Notes: generated from the letters alone by a model not told the origin. DNA of 64,000 nucleotides from Saprolegnia diclina VS20 (GCF_000281045.1 NW_008246068.1:145606-209605), one strand, 5' to 3'. Counted from the first letter of the stretch, positions 20,357-31,924 are shown. Program-made: numbers and translations.

Positions 20357-21991
20357 ATGCGACGCACCCTAGATGCGACGGACGCTCACCAGGCCAAGAA
20401 GCGCAATACGACGGCCGGCGCCCATCTGGCGTCCGACGTGCTCCAGCACATCGCCATGTACGTGCAAGACAACAAGACGATGGGCGCATTTCTCTCGGCG
20501 CTGCCGCGCCCGTGGTGCACCGAACCGATGACCGCGCTCGCTACGCTTTTCGAAGCCATTCGCAGCGGGCGCCTACACAACACGAGCATGACGTGGCTTT
20601 GGCCCACGCTCGACATGTCGAATCTCACGTCCATTCCCGACGAGCTTGCTCCGGTCTTCGAAGCTTACGTGCCGATGCTGGCCCGGCTCGACGCCAACCT
20701 CGAATTCCATCGTCAGTTTGGCCTTCCGCAAGACATTCCAGTTGCACGAAAACGTCTCGCGCCGTCCAGGGGCTTTACAAAAGTAGTCAATTGCTGGTCG
20801 CAGCAGCTCGAGTCCATTGAATTGATACAAGATCCCGACACACTGCCAACCCAGCACTTCTGCGACGCGCTGCCTAGACTACCCAAGCTTCGTCGCCTTG
20901 ATGTTTCGTGGCATCCTGACGCTTGTGCAGATGAGACATTACATCTTCTCAATGCTCTTTGCGACTCTAACGTCACGGAGCTGTGGCTACGCTACGACTC
21001 AGAGACCTCCGCGCAGTGGACCACGGCCGAGGTCACAGCATTTGAACGGTGGCTCCAAGTCAAGTCTGTCACCTCGGTTGGTCTCGTGGACGTGCCCATT
21101 GACGACGCCAACGCACAGACCGTCGTACGCGCGCTGCTGCAGTCACACACACTCAAGCACTTGCATGTGGATGTCGGAAAATTGCCGCGTGCTCTCTTCA
21201 ACCTTGGGTTACCGCTTCCAAGCCAGTTCGAAAAACTATACGCGTTCGCGCGGAGCATTGACAATGTGCGTGGCTTCATCCAGACCATCGCTGGCCCCAA
21301 CCTGCGCACGTTGATTGTCGGTACTCAGACCTCGCTGCAAAAGGACGAGGTGCTGGCAACGGACTTCATGGACGCCGTCACGAGTCTTCCTCGGCTCCGG
21401 CATCTCTCTCTTGTCCACGTAGCGCTGCCACTGCCAACGGCCGTACAACTGAGTAAGCGACTGCCGGGGCTCACGACTCTGGAGCTTTTCAACACGAACC
21501 TCGATGACGTTGGTATGGCTGTGCTCGCCCGCGTCCTTCCGAACTGCTGTCATCTCGAGACATTGAAGCTCAGTGATCAAGTGTGTTCGCACATTGCTGC
21601 CGAGCTTTTGGCGAAAAATATTGCGCTCTGTCCGTCGCTCAAGACGCTCAACTTGGCGGGCAGCCCGATTGGCTCGCGCGGACTTATTGCGTTGCTACCT
21701 GTCTTGCGTCGCCTCGACAGTGTCGTTCTGGATCGTTGCGGCATCGATGACGACGGTGCGGCTGCGCTTTGTCGTGCGATGGACGCTACCGACGACCTCT
21801 ACCAACTCGACTTGAGCTGCAACTTGTTCTCGCAAGAAACTGTGAAGCGCATCATCCGGGCGGTCTCAAAACGTGCCACTCGGTGGGGCACCGTCTCCCT
21901 TCATCATATTTTGAAAAGGCCAAAGAAGCAGAAATATTGCATGTGGTATGCCAAGACGTACCTTCGCAACGAGACGTGGTGCAGGATGTAG
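20357..21991 (+). CDS. F-box-like + RNI-type LRR protein (member 4)
   Basis: LASDVLQHIAMY..TMGAFLSALP; close paralogue of member 3; basic AKKR near the N-terminus. Confidence 0.88.
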   Translation: MRRTLDATDAHQAKKRNTTAGAHLASDVLQHIAMYVQDNKTMGAFLSALPRPWCTEPMTALATLFEAIRSGRLHNTSMTWLWPTLDMSNLTSIPDELAPVFEAYVPMLARLDANLEFHRQFGLPQDIPVARKRLAPSRGFTKVVNCWSQQLESIELIQDPDTLPTQHFCDALPRLPKLRRLDVSWHPDACADETLHLLNALCDSNVTELWLRYDSETSAQWTTAEVTAFERWLQVKSVTSVGLVDVPIDDANAQTVVRALLQSHTLKHLHVDVGKLPRALFNLGLPLPSQFEKLYAFARSIDNVRGFIQTIAGPNLRTLIVGTQTSLQKDEVLATDFMDAVTSLPRLRHLSLVHVALPLPTAVQLSKRLPGLTTLELFNTNLDDVGMAVLARVLPNCCHLETLKLSDQVCSHIAAELLAKNIALCPSLKTLNLAGSPIGSRGLIALLPVLRRLDSVVLDRCGIDDDGAAALCRAMDATDDLYQLDLSCNLFSQETVKRIIRAVSKRATRWGTVSLHHILKRPKKQKYCMWYAKTYLRNETWCRM

Positions 21992-22074
21992 CCAATACCT
22001 TAGTAAACGGCATATAATAATCTTGAATAAATCAAATACTGTATATGTCTCTACCGGAGCCTTCCAGCTCGGGG

Positions 22075-22390
22075 CGCTAATGCACAGGCGCGTACGCTGC
22101 AGCAGTCACACACGCCCAAGCACTTGTACGTCGATGGCGGACTATTGCCCCACACTCGCTTCAACCTCGGGTTGTCGCTTCCAAACCAGCTCGAGACGCT
22201 CTATACATTTGTGCGGCACATCGACGATGTGCTTGGCTTCATATAAACCATTGCCGGCACCAACTTGCGTAAGCTCATCCTCGGTACTCTCGCCCCTAGA
22301 AGACGATGCGGTGATGGCAACGGACCTCAGAAACGCAATCATGAGCCTCCCGCGCCTGCGCCATCTCTCTCTTTTCCACACAGCGCTCGG
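22075..22390 (+). pseudogene. Internal fragment of an LRR-array paralogue with a stop and a frameshift
   Basis: Translates as RTLQQSHTPKHLYVDGG..NLGLSLPNQLETL..GFI*TIAGTNLRKL (TAA where paralogues have CAG), then shifts frame to EDDAVMATDLRNAIMSLPRLRHLSL. Confidence 0.85.
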
Positions 22391-22752
22391 CGAGCCAAAC
22401 GCCGGACGAACTTCGTCCAGAACCACCTGTGGAGTGACCTGTGCTGCGGTCGAGGCGTCGCTCTACTCTAGTTTTGTGGTGGTATTGGAGGGGGTCGTCG
22501 TTGCTGTCGTTGGTGCGTGAGCGGTGGCGTCGGTCGTGAGAACGGTATGGGCAGTCTAGCGTGTCTAAAGGAAGCGGAGTTGGCTGCGGCAGGTCGGATG
22601 CAAAATGGAAAATGAAGGTTTTGGGACTGCACATTGCAGCGCGCAAAAACTGAGTGTAAAATCGATCAAGCAACCCATTGTACTGTACTTGCTTCTTGTA
22701 TACCGAGTGTAGAAGGTGTGAATTGGACTAACTACCCGCACGGAGAAGACTT

Positions 22753-23047
22753 NNNNNNNNNNNNNNNNNNNNNNNNNNNNNNNNNNNNNNNNNNNNNNNN
22801 NNNNNNNNNNNNNNNNNNNNNNNNNNNNNNNNNNNNNNNNNNNNNNNNNNNNNNNNNNNNNNNNNNNNNNNNNNNNNNNNNNNNNNNNNNNNNNNNNNNN
22901 NNNNNNNNNNNNNNNNNNNNNNNNNNNNNNNNNNNNNNNNNNNNNNNNNNNNNNNNNNNNNNNNNNNNNNNNNNNNNNNNNNNNNNNNNNNNNNNNNNNN
23001 NNNNNNNNNNNNNNNNNNNNNNNNNNNNNNNNNNNNNNNNNNNNNNN
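22753..23047. other. Assembly gap
   Basis: Run of N. Confidence 1.
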
Positions 23048-23324
23048 GCCGCATGCCATTGCCGCCGTGAAGGGCTCTACTGGGCTGCGCGCTCCAAGGG
23101 CAAATCACTCCAGCTGCGTGGCGTCGCATGGGAGAATACAACGTGGTCATGGCGCCGCGTAGATCAAGACGAGCTTGGTCAGCAAAGTCTGTCAGCGACT
23201 TCGAGACCTTCCGGTGCTACCAGTATGCCCGGCTACCAGGCCACTGCCGCGCGTGCCACCGCTTCCTCGTTGGACGCGTGCTCACAGTAATGACATAGGA
23301 CACGTTGCTTTTTCTCCACGCCTA

Positions 23325-23520
23325 CCGATGACGCGGCGCTGGTGATGTGCCTGCTGGACGACGGCGACGATCCCAACACGTCCAACGAGGTATTCCCGGC
23401 ACTGTCGACTGCTGTTTCGAACTAGTATGCTGATCTATGTATGTAGAGCGGTCTCGGTGCGGCGGCTAGCCACGAGGCCATCGTCAACGAGCCCCTTTCG
23501 CAGGTTGCCGATTCGGCACA
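23325..23520 (+). pseudogene. Degenerate ankyrin-repeat gene fragment
   Basis: DDAALVMCLLDDGDDPNTSNE, then a gt..ag intron (~23390-23446), then SGLGAAASHEAIVNEPLSQVAD, resembling the ankyrin GHxxIVxxLLxxGAD consensus with decay; lies between two gaps. Confidence 0.45.
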
Positions 23521-23669
23521 CAGCTGGGGGGCGCCCCCGTACCTCGCCGTGCTCCTCAACCAGCCTGAGAGGGTCAAATACTTGCTACCTCAGTCATTGA
23601 CGCGTTTCATGGGAGAGCTGCCCATTCTGTGCGCGGACCGCAAAGGCCTCGACGAAACTATGGCCGCCA

Positions 23670-24383
23670 NNNNNNNNNNNNNNNNNNNNNNNNNNNNNNN
23701 NNNNNNNNNNNNNNNNNNNNNNNNNNNNNNNNNNNNNNNNNNNNNNNNNNNNNNNNNNNNNNNNNNNNNNNNNNNNNNNNNNNNNNNNNNNNNNNNNNNN
23801 NNNNNNNNNNNNNNNNNNNNNNNNNNNNNNNNNNNNNNNNNNNNNNNNNNNNNNNNNNNNNNNNNNNNNNNNNNNNNNNNNNNNNNNNNNNNNNNNNNNN
23901 NNNNNNNNNNNNNNNNNNNNNNNNNNNNNNNNNNNNNNNNNNNNNNNNNNNNNNNNNNNNNNNNNNNNNNNNNNNNNNNNNNNNNNNNNNNNNNNNNNNN
24001 NNNNNNNNNNNNNNNNNNNNNNNNNNNNNNNNNNNNNNNNNNNNNNNNNNNNNNNNNNNNNNNNNNNNNNNNNNNNNNNNNNNNNNNNNNNNNNNNNNNN
24101 NNNNNNNNNNNNNNNNNNNNNNNNNNNNNNNNNNNNNNNNNNNNNNNNNNNNNNNNNNNNNNNNNNNNNNNNNNNNNNNNNNNNNNNNNNNNNNNNNNNN
24201 NNNNNNNNNNNNNNNNNNNNNNNNNNNNNNNNNNNNNNNNNNNNNNNNNNNNNNNNNNNNNNNNNNNNNNNNNNNNNNNNNNNNNNNNNNNNNNNNNNNN
24301 NNNNNNNNNNNNNNNNNNNNNNNNNNNNNNNNNNNNNNNNNNNNNNNNNNNNNNNNNNNNNNNNNNNNNNNNNNNNNNNNNNN
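23670..24383. other. Assembly gap (hides the 5' end of LRR member 5)
   Basis: Run of N. Confidence 1.
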
Positions 24384-25841
24384 ATCGCCACGTACCTGCG
24401 CGACGGCAAGGCCATGTACGCCTTTCTCTCGGCGCTGCCGCCCGCGTGGCACACGACGCCCATGGCCGCGCTCGCCACACTCTTCGAGGCCATTCGCAGC
24501 CGGCGGCTCAAGAACACAAACATGGGGTGTCTGTGGCCCGACCTCAACTTGCCGGATACGATCTTGAACGACAAGGAGCTCGTTGACGCCGCGCAAGCTT
24601 GCACGCCGATGCTCGCGCAGCTCGACGCCACTGCCCAGCTGCACTGCGAGCTGCGTCTTCCGCCATCGGTTCACATTTCCAAGCAAGTTGTCTCGTTCAG
24701 TGAGCTCCAATGCGCAGTGTCCTACTGGTCACAACAACTCGCGTCGCTAACAGTGACCCGGACGAATGACCAGAGGTCCATCCAACTAGTCTGTGACGCG
24801 CTGCGTAGCCTGCCCGCGCTCCGTCGGCTTGTTGTCTTGTGGCATCCTGCCGCACAGCCAAAGGAGACATTGACGCTGCTTGATGCGCTCGATTTCTCCA
24901 ACGTCACGGAGCTGAGGCTGCATTACAACTTGGCGAACCCGGTGCAGTGGACCGCGACCGAGGTCAAGGCACTTGTGCGGTGGCTTCAAGCCAAGCCCGT
25001 CACCTCCATCAGTCTCGTGGATGTGTCGATTAAAGCGGCGGACGCAGAGACCCTCGCACGCGCGCTGCTACAGTCGCAAACGCTCAAGTCCCTCCACGTC
25101 GATGGCGGGCAACTGCAGCGCACGCTCTTCAACCTCGGGTTACCGCTGCCGAACCAGCTCGAGTCGCTCAACACCTACGTGCGGCACGTCGACGACGTGC
25201 TTGGCTTGACGCAGACGATCGCTGGCTCCAATTTGTGCGAGTTGGAACTCGGTACGCGAGTCCCGTTTGAAACGGCCGTGGCTATGAACCTCATGCACGC
25301 CATCACAAGCCTCCCGCGACTGCGGCATCTCTCGATGGTTCACACGGCGCTGCCACTGCCGTCGGTCGTGCGACTGAGCGAACGGCTACCAAGCCTTACG
25401 CGTCTACGCTTGTACAACACGCAGCTTGACGACTATGGCATTTTCGTGCTCGCAAGCGCCCTGCCAAAGTGCCGTCATCTCGAGACGTTGCAGATCGGGA
25501 GCCAAAAGTGCTCGCACGTCGCTTGGGCGCATTTAGCGAGGGGTCTCGCGCAGTGTCGGCCGCTCAAGCAGCTCAGCTTGAGGGACAGTGACATTGGGTC
25601 GCGCGGTTTTATCGCGTTGCTGCCCGTTTTGCGCAACCTCGACAACGTCAAGCTCATTCAATGCGACATCAGTGACGATGGTGCGCTCGCGCTTTGCCAC
25701 GTCATGGACGCCGCGGACGGACTCTTTGAGCTCACGTTGCACGGGAATCCATTCTCCAAGGGCGCAGTGAACCACATTGTCCGAGCCGTCTTGAAGCGTC
25801 TGCCTCGGTGGGGCAAAATCGGTCTCACGGTAGAAAGGTGA
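24384..25841 (+). CDS. F-box-like + RNI-type LRR protein (member 5), 5' end in gap, C-terminal cap frameshifted
   Basis: Opens in frame at IATYLRDGKAMYAFLSALP; paralogue of members 3 and 4; stops at GLTVER*, shortly before sequence homologous to the family's C-terminal W-C motif. Confidence 0.85.
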   Translation: MATYLRDGKAMYAFLSALPPAWHTTPMAALATLFEAIRSRRLKNTNMGCLWPDLNLPDTILNDKELVDAAQACTPMLAQLDATAQLHCELRLPPSVHISKQVVSFSELQCAVSYWSQQLASLTVTRTNDQRSIQLVCDALRSLPALRRLVVLWHPAAQPKETLTLLDALDFSNVTELRLHYNLANPVQWTATEVKALVRWLQAKPVTSISLVDVSIKAADAETLARALLQSQTLKSLHVDGGQLQRTLFNLGLPLPNQLESLNTYVRHVDDVLGLTQTIAGSNLCELELGTRVPFETAVAMNLMHAITSLPRLRHLSMVHTALPLPSVVRLSERLPSLTRLRLYNTQLDDYGIFVLASALPKCRHLETLQIGSQKCSHVAWAHLARGLAQCRPLKQLSLRDSDIGSRGFIALLPVLRNLDNVKLIQCDISDDGALALCHVMDAADGLFELTLHGNPFSKGAVNHIVRAVLKRLPRWGKIGLTVER

Positions 25842-26095
25842 AGAGCGGGAGAAAGGCTGCAACGTACCCCGAAACCCATCGTGGTGGCCTATGTATGATT
25901 ACGTGACTGTGAAATATATCTATGTATAAAGTCTCGTGTCGAAGAGTCGACAATCTCGTATCGATCGATCTGCGCATCGTATGGGCGCTTGCTGCAATAT
26001 TCACAAGAACTGGTAGTGAAGATTGTTCACTGTAGCAAGGACTCTTGATCCAGTAATGTATGGAATTCATCGTCAAGGTTGTCGCATCGTTGGGC

Positions 26096-27748
26096 TCATT
26101 GCAGCTTGCACCAAGCGCGAATTGGCAGTCGCTCGTCGGCAAACGCCGCGCAATTTTCTCGTTCGTCTTCGTCGTCAACAGTCTCGCAAAGGTTGAGCAC
26201 GCCATGGCGAAGCACAAGCGATGACCCGATCGCATCGATGAGACTCAAAACACCATCTTCCGAGATAGGATTTCCCGACAAGTCGAGCTGCGTCAGGTGG
26301 GCCGTCGCGTCGATGTCGTCGGCAAGCACGTACGCACCATCGGCGTCAACGTCGTTGGCTTGGAGGACGAGGACGTCCAGCGACCCGATACTGGGCAGAA
26401 GAGCGATCAACCCTTCCGAGCCCACCTCGTTGAAGGACAAATCGAGGACCTTGAGCGACGGGCAGTGCGGGATGGCGGCGGCAAGTGCTTGGGCTGTGAG
26501 ATGTGTGCACTCTTGATTGATGAGGCTGAGCTGTTGGAGCCATTGACACTGCGGTAGTGTCTGTGCCAGTGGAATAATGCCCATGTCACCGGCGTAATTT
26601 CGGCGAAGCTCCAGAACCACGAGGCGTTGCATCTGCTCCGTTGGAATCAGGGGCATACTGCAGCACCCGAGCTCGAGGGACCGGAGTCGGGCAAGGCTCA
26701 TGAGCGCGCGACGCAACGCCAGTACGGCACGATTGTCGAGGCCCACGTCACAGAACAACGAGACGCGACGCAAGTTGTTGGCGCCGCGGAGGGCGAGTGC
26801 AAAGGCGACCACGTCTGAGCTGTTTCTGACATTGGTCTCCAGCGTCTCGAGCTGCACTGGAAGCGAAAACCGCCGGGCTGGGTCCCGTGAACGGCTGCAG
26901 AGGTTAAAGAGCACGCGGGGCAGATTGCCGCCCTCCACTTTGAGGGACGCAAGTGTCTGTGACGTCAAGATTGCAGTCGCAAACTGAACCCTAAGATGCG
27001 TCCTGAGAGAGAGCTTCACGAGCTTGAGGGCCGTGATCGGCGCCAGGTGCATCCATCTTGCAAATGTGTTGACAGTCTCGTCGGTCCACGATGCATCGTC
27101 GTCGACATCGTAGTGCAAGCTCAAGCGCGTGACATTCGACGAGACGAGCGATTCGATAAAGCCCGTGTGCAGCGCTGCAGTCGCGGCACAGCACCAATAC
27201 AGCTTGAGGTTTCGCAGCGTCGGCACGAGGTGCAGGTCTTGGGGCGCCCAGTTCGCGTCATCAGAGTCCGTGTCATCGTAAACGAAGACGTCCAGGGTCT
27301 CAAGTCGACCTAGGGTCCTCGCTCGCGCCAGCTCGTTTGGCGAGCAAATCGTCATCACGTGGAGCTTCGTCTCTGGCGGAATGATGTCTGCCACGGTGCG
27401 GCCAAGGCGTAGCTCAACGTACGGAAGAAGCGGCATGTACGCATATAGCAGCGCCGCGAGGTGCGTCTCGGCTTCCGAGCGGCGCCGCCCCCCATCAAAG
27501 AGGAACCTGGGTAGCAGCGACTTGGGCCAGAGCTGCACCATCTCGGGCTGCTCAGCACTCGTGTCGACGAGGCGACCATCAAGCACGCAGTCGTAGAGTT
27601 CGAGCAAGGCGACCATCGGCGGCGTCAACCACTCTATCGGCAGCGCTGTCAAAAAGGCGCGCATCTCGTTGGATGTGCCGAGGTACTGCGCAATGTGCTG
27701 CAGCGCGTCCGGCGGCAGCGCCGGCAAAATGCCATGCGGCAAGGCCAT
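26096..27748 (-). CDS. F-box-like + RNI-type LRR protein (member 6)
   Basis: LPPDALQHIAQY..EMRAFLTALP; DGRLVDTSAEQPEMVQLWP shared with member 2. Confidence 0.88.
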   Translation of the reverse strand: MALPHGILPALPPDALQHIAQYLGTSNEMRAFLTALPIEWLTPPMVALLELYDCVLDGRLVDTSAEQPEMVQLWPKSLLPRFLFDGGRRRSEAETHLAALLYAYMPLLPYVELRLGRTVADIIPPETKLHVMTICSPNELARARTLGRLETLDVFVYDDTDSDDANWAPQDLHLVPTLRNLKLYWCCAATAALHTGFIESLVSSNVTRLSLHYDVDDDASWTDETVNTFARWMHLAPITALKLVKLSLRTHLRVQFATAILTSQTLASLKVEGGNLPRVLFNLCSRSRDPARRFSLPVQLETLETNVRNSSDVVAFALALRGANNLRRVSLFCDVGLDNRAVLALRRALMSLARLRSLELGCCSMPLIPTEQMQRLVVLELRRNYAGDMGIIPLAQTLPQCQWLQQLSLINQECTHLTAQALAAAIPHCPSLKVLDLSFNEVGSEGLIALLPSIGSLDVLVLQANDVDADGAYVLADDIDATAHLTQLDLSGNPISEDGVLSLIDAIGSSLVLRHGVLNLCETVDDEDERENCAAFADERLPIRAWCKLQ

Positions 27749-28045
27749 GCTGGCGGTGTTCGACTAATAGCTGAATGGCGGTCACGGTCTCTGGTCCAGC
27801 AATACGGACAATGCGTGGCTGTCTTCAAGAAACTTGAATCATTACAATTTTATCACGTCTGGCATATATATGCCAAAAGTATTAACTACGATGGAAATTA
27901 TCAAGGGCCGAGAGCACCTGTCCCACTGCGCTTACCGTTTTCTGCAAGCAAAACCTCTCGCGACGCTCGACCGGGCTTCACTCTTCTCTCTTGCACCTCG
28001 GTCTGGCTAAGTATATCTATTTTCCTTGGGACGGTGCACGCGGCA

Positions 28046-28335
28046 CTTCCAAAACTTCAAAAGTCGACAACAAGCTGCTGAGCCGTGGCTATTGCGTCCG
28101 GATAATCATGTCCGGATAAAGTTGCGTCCACGTGGCGGGGCGCAGCTCGCGCTGTAGGCACGCTACGAGCACCATTCTCTGGTTTTCGAACTCCCTGAGT
28201 CTTTCTCTATACGTACAGCTCGAAACACGAGACTCCTTCCAAAACTTCCAAAGTCGACAACAAGCTGCCGAGCAGCGGCACTGTGCTACTAGTACTTGCT
28301 TCCGGATAAGCATGTCCGGATAAAGTAGCATCCCA
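28046..28335. repeat. Imperfect ~90-bp direct repeat, each copy with two TCCGGATA sites
   Basis: cttccaaaacttc(a/c)aaagtcgacaacaagctgc...tccggataa(t/g)catgtccggataaagt at ~28046 and ~28236. Confidence 0.85.
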
Positions 28336-28477
28336 CAGCTTCGTGGTGTGCCGGCCTCATACTCCATACAATGGCACGCCTCTATGGTTTTCGGACCACT
28401 GATCTTCGAGACGCAACCCCAACACATATGTAGCGATAGGAAACACTATATTAATATATATAGGATCTTTGTCCAGC

Positions 28478-30112
28478 TTAGTACGATAGCACGTCGAGTT
28501 TGCACCAGCTACTGTACGGCAAGGTTTCGCGGGCAAAATCCCAGCACTCGTTTAGGTCGTTCTCATCGTTGACAATCTCACGCAAATCGACGACGCCGTC
28601 GCGAACAAACGACTCGGCCACCGCGCGGATCACCCAAAGCACGGCTGCGGTCGAGAGCGGGTTGGCGCTCAGGTTGAGCTTTCGCAAGTGGTCCGTATCG
28701 TGCATCATGCGGCAGAGCACATTGGCGCCGTCGTCGTCGATGCCGCTGCCTCGCAGCGCCAGGCTGTCGAGGCACCGCATGATAGGCAGTAGCGCTAGAA
28801 GGCCGACCGATCCGAGCTCGTTGAAGGACATATCCAGCACCTTGAGCGTCGGGCAGGCTGGAATCGCGGCGGCGAGTGCTTTGGCTGCCACGTGCGTGCA
28901 CGACTGGTTGAACAAGCACAGCTCTTGCAATCGCACGCATGTCGGCAGCGCCATCGCCAGCAGCATCGCGCCAGTATCGCACACGGATGTGCCCCGGAGC
29001 CGCAGCGTCGCGAGTTGCTGTAAACACTGACTTAACCACGTCATTGCCGACGGTCGAAGGTCCAGCGCGCCCCAGAGACCAAGGTGTCGCAGGTGCGTCA
29101 GACTCGAAATGACGCGGCAAAGCCGCGTCGTTGTCTTTGGCGAAAGCCGGGTCGTGACAGCAACTTCGAGCGTGCGCAAGCTGGAGCCGCTGATCGTCTC
29201 AAGAAACCCGTCGACGTTGCAGTCCGCATCCAAGTACGTTGTGAGCGCCGTCAATTGGGATGGAAGTCGTTGGCCGAGCGCAAAGAGCGCGCGGGGAACT
29301 TTGCCGTACTCGACGTGGAGCGATCGGAGGGACTTCGAACCCAGGAGGGCGGCTGCAAGCACGGGTGCATCGCCGGGGGCCACACAAAGACGAACCAACG
29401 ACAGCGTCTTGATGACCGCGCTCGATGTCCACGCGACAAAGGCGTCCACGACGGCTTTCGTCCAAGGTGCCGAGCTGCCTTTGTTGTAGCATAGGTGGAG
29501 CTCCTCCACGTTGGAGCTCATGAGGTTTGAAAACAGGGCGGCCTGCTGCGTTACTGACGCCGACACCGGCCATGTGAGGTCAAGGCAGCGCAGCTGTGGC
29601 AGTGCCTGCAGAGCGCGGCAGACATCGTCAACGACGAGCTCACCCAGTTCAACGCGCAACGTCACGGCTTGGTGCGACCAGTGTGTCGTCACGTACGCGA
29701 GCTCGTCACGCGTCTGGACGGTGGCAACCTCGAGCTGCGCTTGCGGCGGGATGCAGAACCACGGTGACATCTTGGCAGCAACCGGAACACGCGGCGCCAT
29801 CGACGCGTAGGTAGCAATCGCGCGGCGAAGGTCGTAGTCCTCGGTAATGCAATCGGGCACAAGCAGCCGTGACGACAGCTCCGACATGGTCGACCCGTTT
29901 GTATCGAGCTGAGGAAAGCGACGGTCGCGCACGGCGCTCAAGAGCACGCCGAGGGCTCGCAGAGGGGCCGACTGGTGCGGCTCGGGCAAAGCAGCCAGAA
30001 AGGCTGTCATGTCCTTCGTATCGCGAATGTACTCGGCGACGTGTTGCAGTGTCGCGTTCGAAAGCGTCGATCGCGCCACTGTCTTGCGTCGCTTGGTAAT
30101 GACGTGGTGCAT
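28478..30112 (-). CDS. F-box-like + RNI-type LRR protein (member 7)
   Basis: MHHVITKRRK..LSNATLQHVAEY..DMTAFLAALP; LRRs; ends WCKLDVLSY, like member 2 (WCKLDVLSH). Confidence 0.88.
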   Translation of the reverse strand: MHHVITKRRKTVARSTLSNATLQHVAEYIRDTKDMTAFLAALPEPHQSAPLRALGVLLSAVRDRRFPQLDTNGSTMSELSSRLLVPDCITEDYDLRRAIATYASMAPRVPVAAKMSPWFCIPPQAQLEVATVQTRDELAYVTTHWSHQAVTLRVELGELVVDDVCRALQALPQLRCLDLTWPVSASVTQQAALFSNLMSSNVEELHLCYNKGSSAPWTKAVVDAFVAWTSSAVIKTLSLVRLCVAPGDAPVLAAALLGSKSLRSLHVEYGKVPRALFALGQRLPSQLTALTTYLDADCNVDGFLETISGSSLRTLEVAVTTRLSPKTTTRLCRVISSLTHLRHLGLWGALDLRPSAMTWLSQCLQQLATLRLRGTSVCDTGAMLLAMALPTCVRLQELCLFNQSCTHVAAKALAAAIPACPTLKVLDMSFNELGSVGLLALLPIMRCLDSLALRGSGIDDDGANVLCRMMHDTDHLRKLNLSANPLSTAAVLWVIRAVAESFVRDGVVDLREIVNDENDLNECWDFARETLPYSSWCKLDVLSY

Positions 30113-30800
30113 CGTGCGCAAATTTGAAAATGCGATCGATGGCGTCGCAGCCAAACGGCGATTTGCGTTTATATGCGTTATTCACGTTTTATCATGTCCT
30201 TTCTCGAGTTTAGTGTAGAAATACCCACGTGATAAATATCACATTCGCGTCAAAGCCCGTTGATTCGGTGGGTCTTTCTTGATACTTTGTTGATAGAAAA
30301 ATCCGAGTCTTCGATTGGTTAGCCGCAAGGGAGATGGGTATACTGCCGTCGACGACAGAGCGGCGTACTGCTAGTACGTGCTCGACGCTCATGCCAGGCG
30401 ACAAGACCACGTCCACGCCGAGGAGGCAGTTCACTGTGTTTGATGGAAGACACATACACCTACAACAGCGCATTGAGCAGACCAAAACAAGAGATAGCGA
30501 GCAGTACCAAACTCGCGCTGCAACACGAACTGCAAGCAAGACAGGTGCGAGAGAGACCAAGTTACGCGTGTCGTGGACGGTCCCTAGAGGTGGGTAGCAT
30601 GGCGAGCGCGCATTGCTTGCTTGCATTTCGTGGTGCAGCGCGAGGCTGGTGTCGGGCAACGCAAATGACAGCAGCGCAAGAAAAGGCAATCTGAGGTCGT
30701 CGGTGTGATACCCGGACGTTAAAGTATCTTGGTGTTTGTATGCGACATGCAGTCCAGGTCCAAAGCCATCAATTCACTGTTACCCGAACCCTCTCGGTCC

Positions 30801-30972
30801 GGGACCACACGTTTTCACGAGTAAACGCCTGTGAGCTTCCATAGGAGAGGGGCAGCGAGACAAGCCCATACGATCGGACCGTTGATAAAGACTTGGTTTT
30901 CCCATCCGACCATTTTTAGTGCGAGTGTTTTTAGCTTTGTAAGTTGCCCTCAATTGACGCTCGCGCTTCGCC
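30801..30972. repeat. Non-coding interspersed repeat, left ~170 bp (copy C)
   Basis: Closely matches 36220-36390 (gggaccacacgttttcacgagtaaacgcctgtgagcttcca...aagcccatacgatcggaccgttgataaagacttgg). Confidence 0.85.
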
Positions 30973-31924
30973 GTTGGTAGAAGGCAGTCTCTTGGCTCGG
31001 TAGTCGTCTGCGAAGAAACGTCGCGAGCGCAATACCCAGCGTCATGCGCGACTGGACTCAAAATACGGTCACGGACTGGCCGGCGCTTCGGGTGGTGCGC
31101 TTGTACCTGGTACTGGTCTTTGCCCAGCCCGCCAAGTATCCCTGCGACCATCATCTTCGACTGCAACTATGTTTATTGTCGACAGGACGCTATGTGGGGC
31201 CGCCTTTAAACACTGCTGTTGTAGATAGACATACTCGCAAATGGTGGCGTTCGAGCTTGTTGTTGCTGAAGTGGGTCGTCTATTAAAATCGATACGTAAA
31301 GCTACGCTAAATAAAATTGTCGACTTTCTTCGTTGTGTAGGCTCTGGTGTTGGTTGATCTTGATCTAGGCCGACGGAGGCAGGAGCGCAATCTGCGGGAC
31401 ATGGTGCTGGCGCGGCCACTCGTGTTGAGCGAGGAACCGGAGAAGACGATGGAGCCATCAGCCAAGGCTTTTGAACAAAGCTGTGGTGCAAGTGCATTTG
31501 AGCGACGTGCGCCGCCTTGACGGCAATCGTTCATGGACTTAGCAGTGGTAGGTCGGCGGGAAAGACGCGATCGTTTCGGACGCGCCGGACGTTGAACCAG
31601 ACGCAGGCGCGGAGCACTGGCCAGAGGTAGTAGCGGAATGCGGCGTTGCTTGGATGAGGCGTTGAGTCCGCGTCGCGAGCGTCTGGGAGCATCAAGGCGT
31701 GGACGTGCTGAGCTTGGGGACCCCGATCGTGGCCATCGTCCGTGCGTACCGAGTGTGCCATCTTGTGGTATTTTCTACGTAGCGTTCGAGCTTGTAGAGC
31801 CCTGCTTGTGGTGAGGTAAATTTCGATACATTCTTCTCCTTTACACTCGCGACCTCTAGCTATCAATATCCACATATACAGGTCACGAGGTGTTGGCGCG
31901 TGCCGCTCTTGTGTGCATTGGCAC

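Noticed and set aside
22565..24710. ORFs spanning N runs
   Set aside because: Artefacts of assembly gaps.
31307..31875. Short minus-strand ORFs upstream of the GPCR relic
   Set aside because: Fragmented frames with no recognisable homology; cannot support a gene call.
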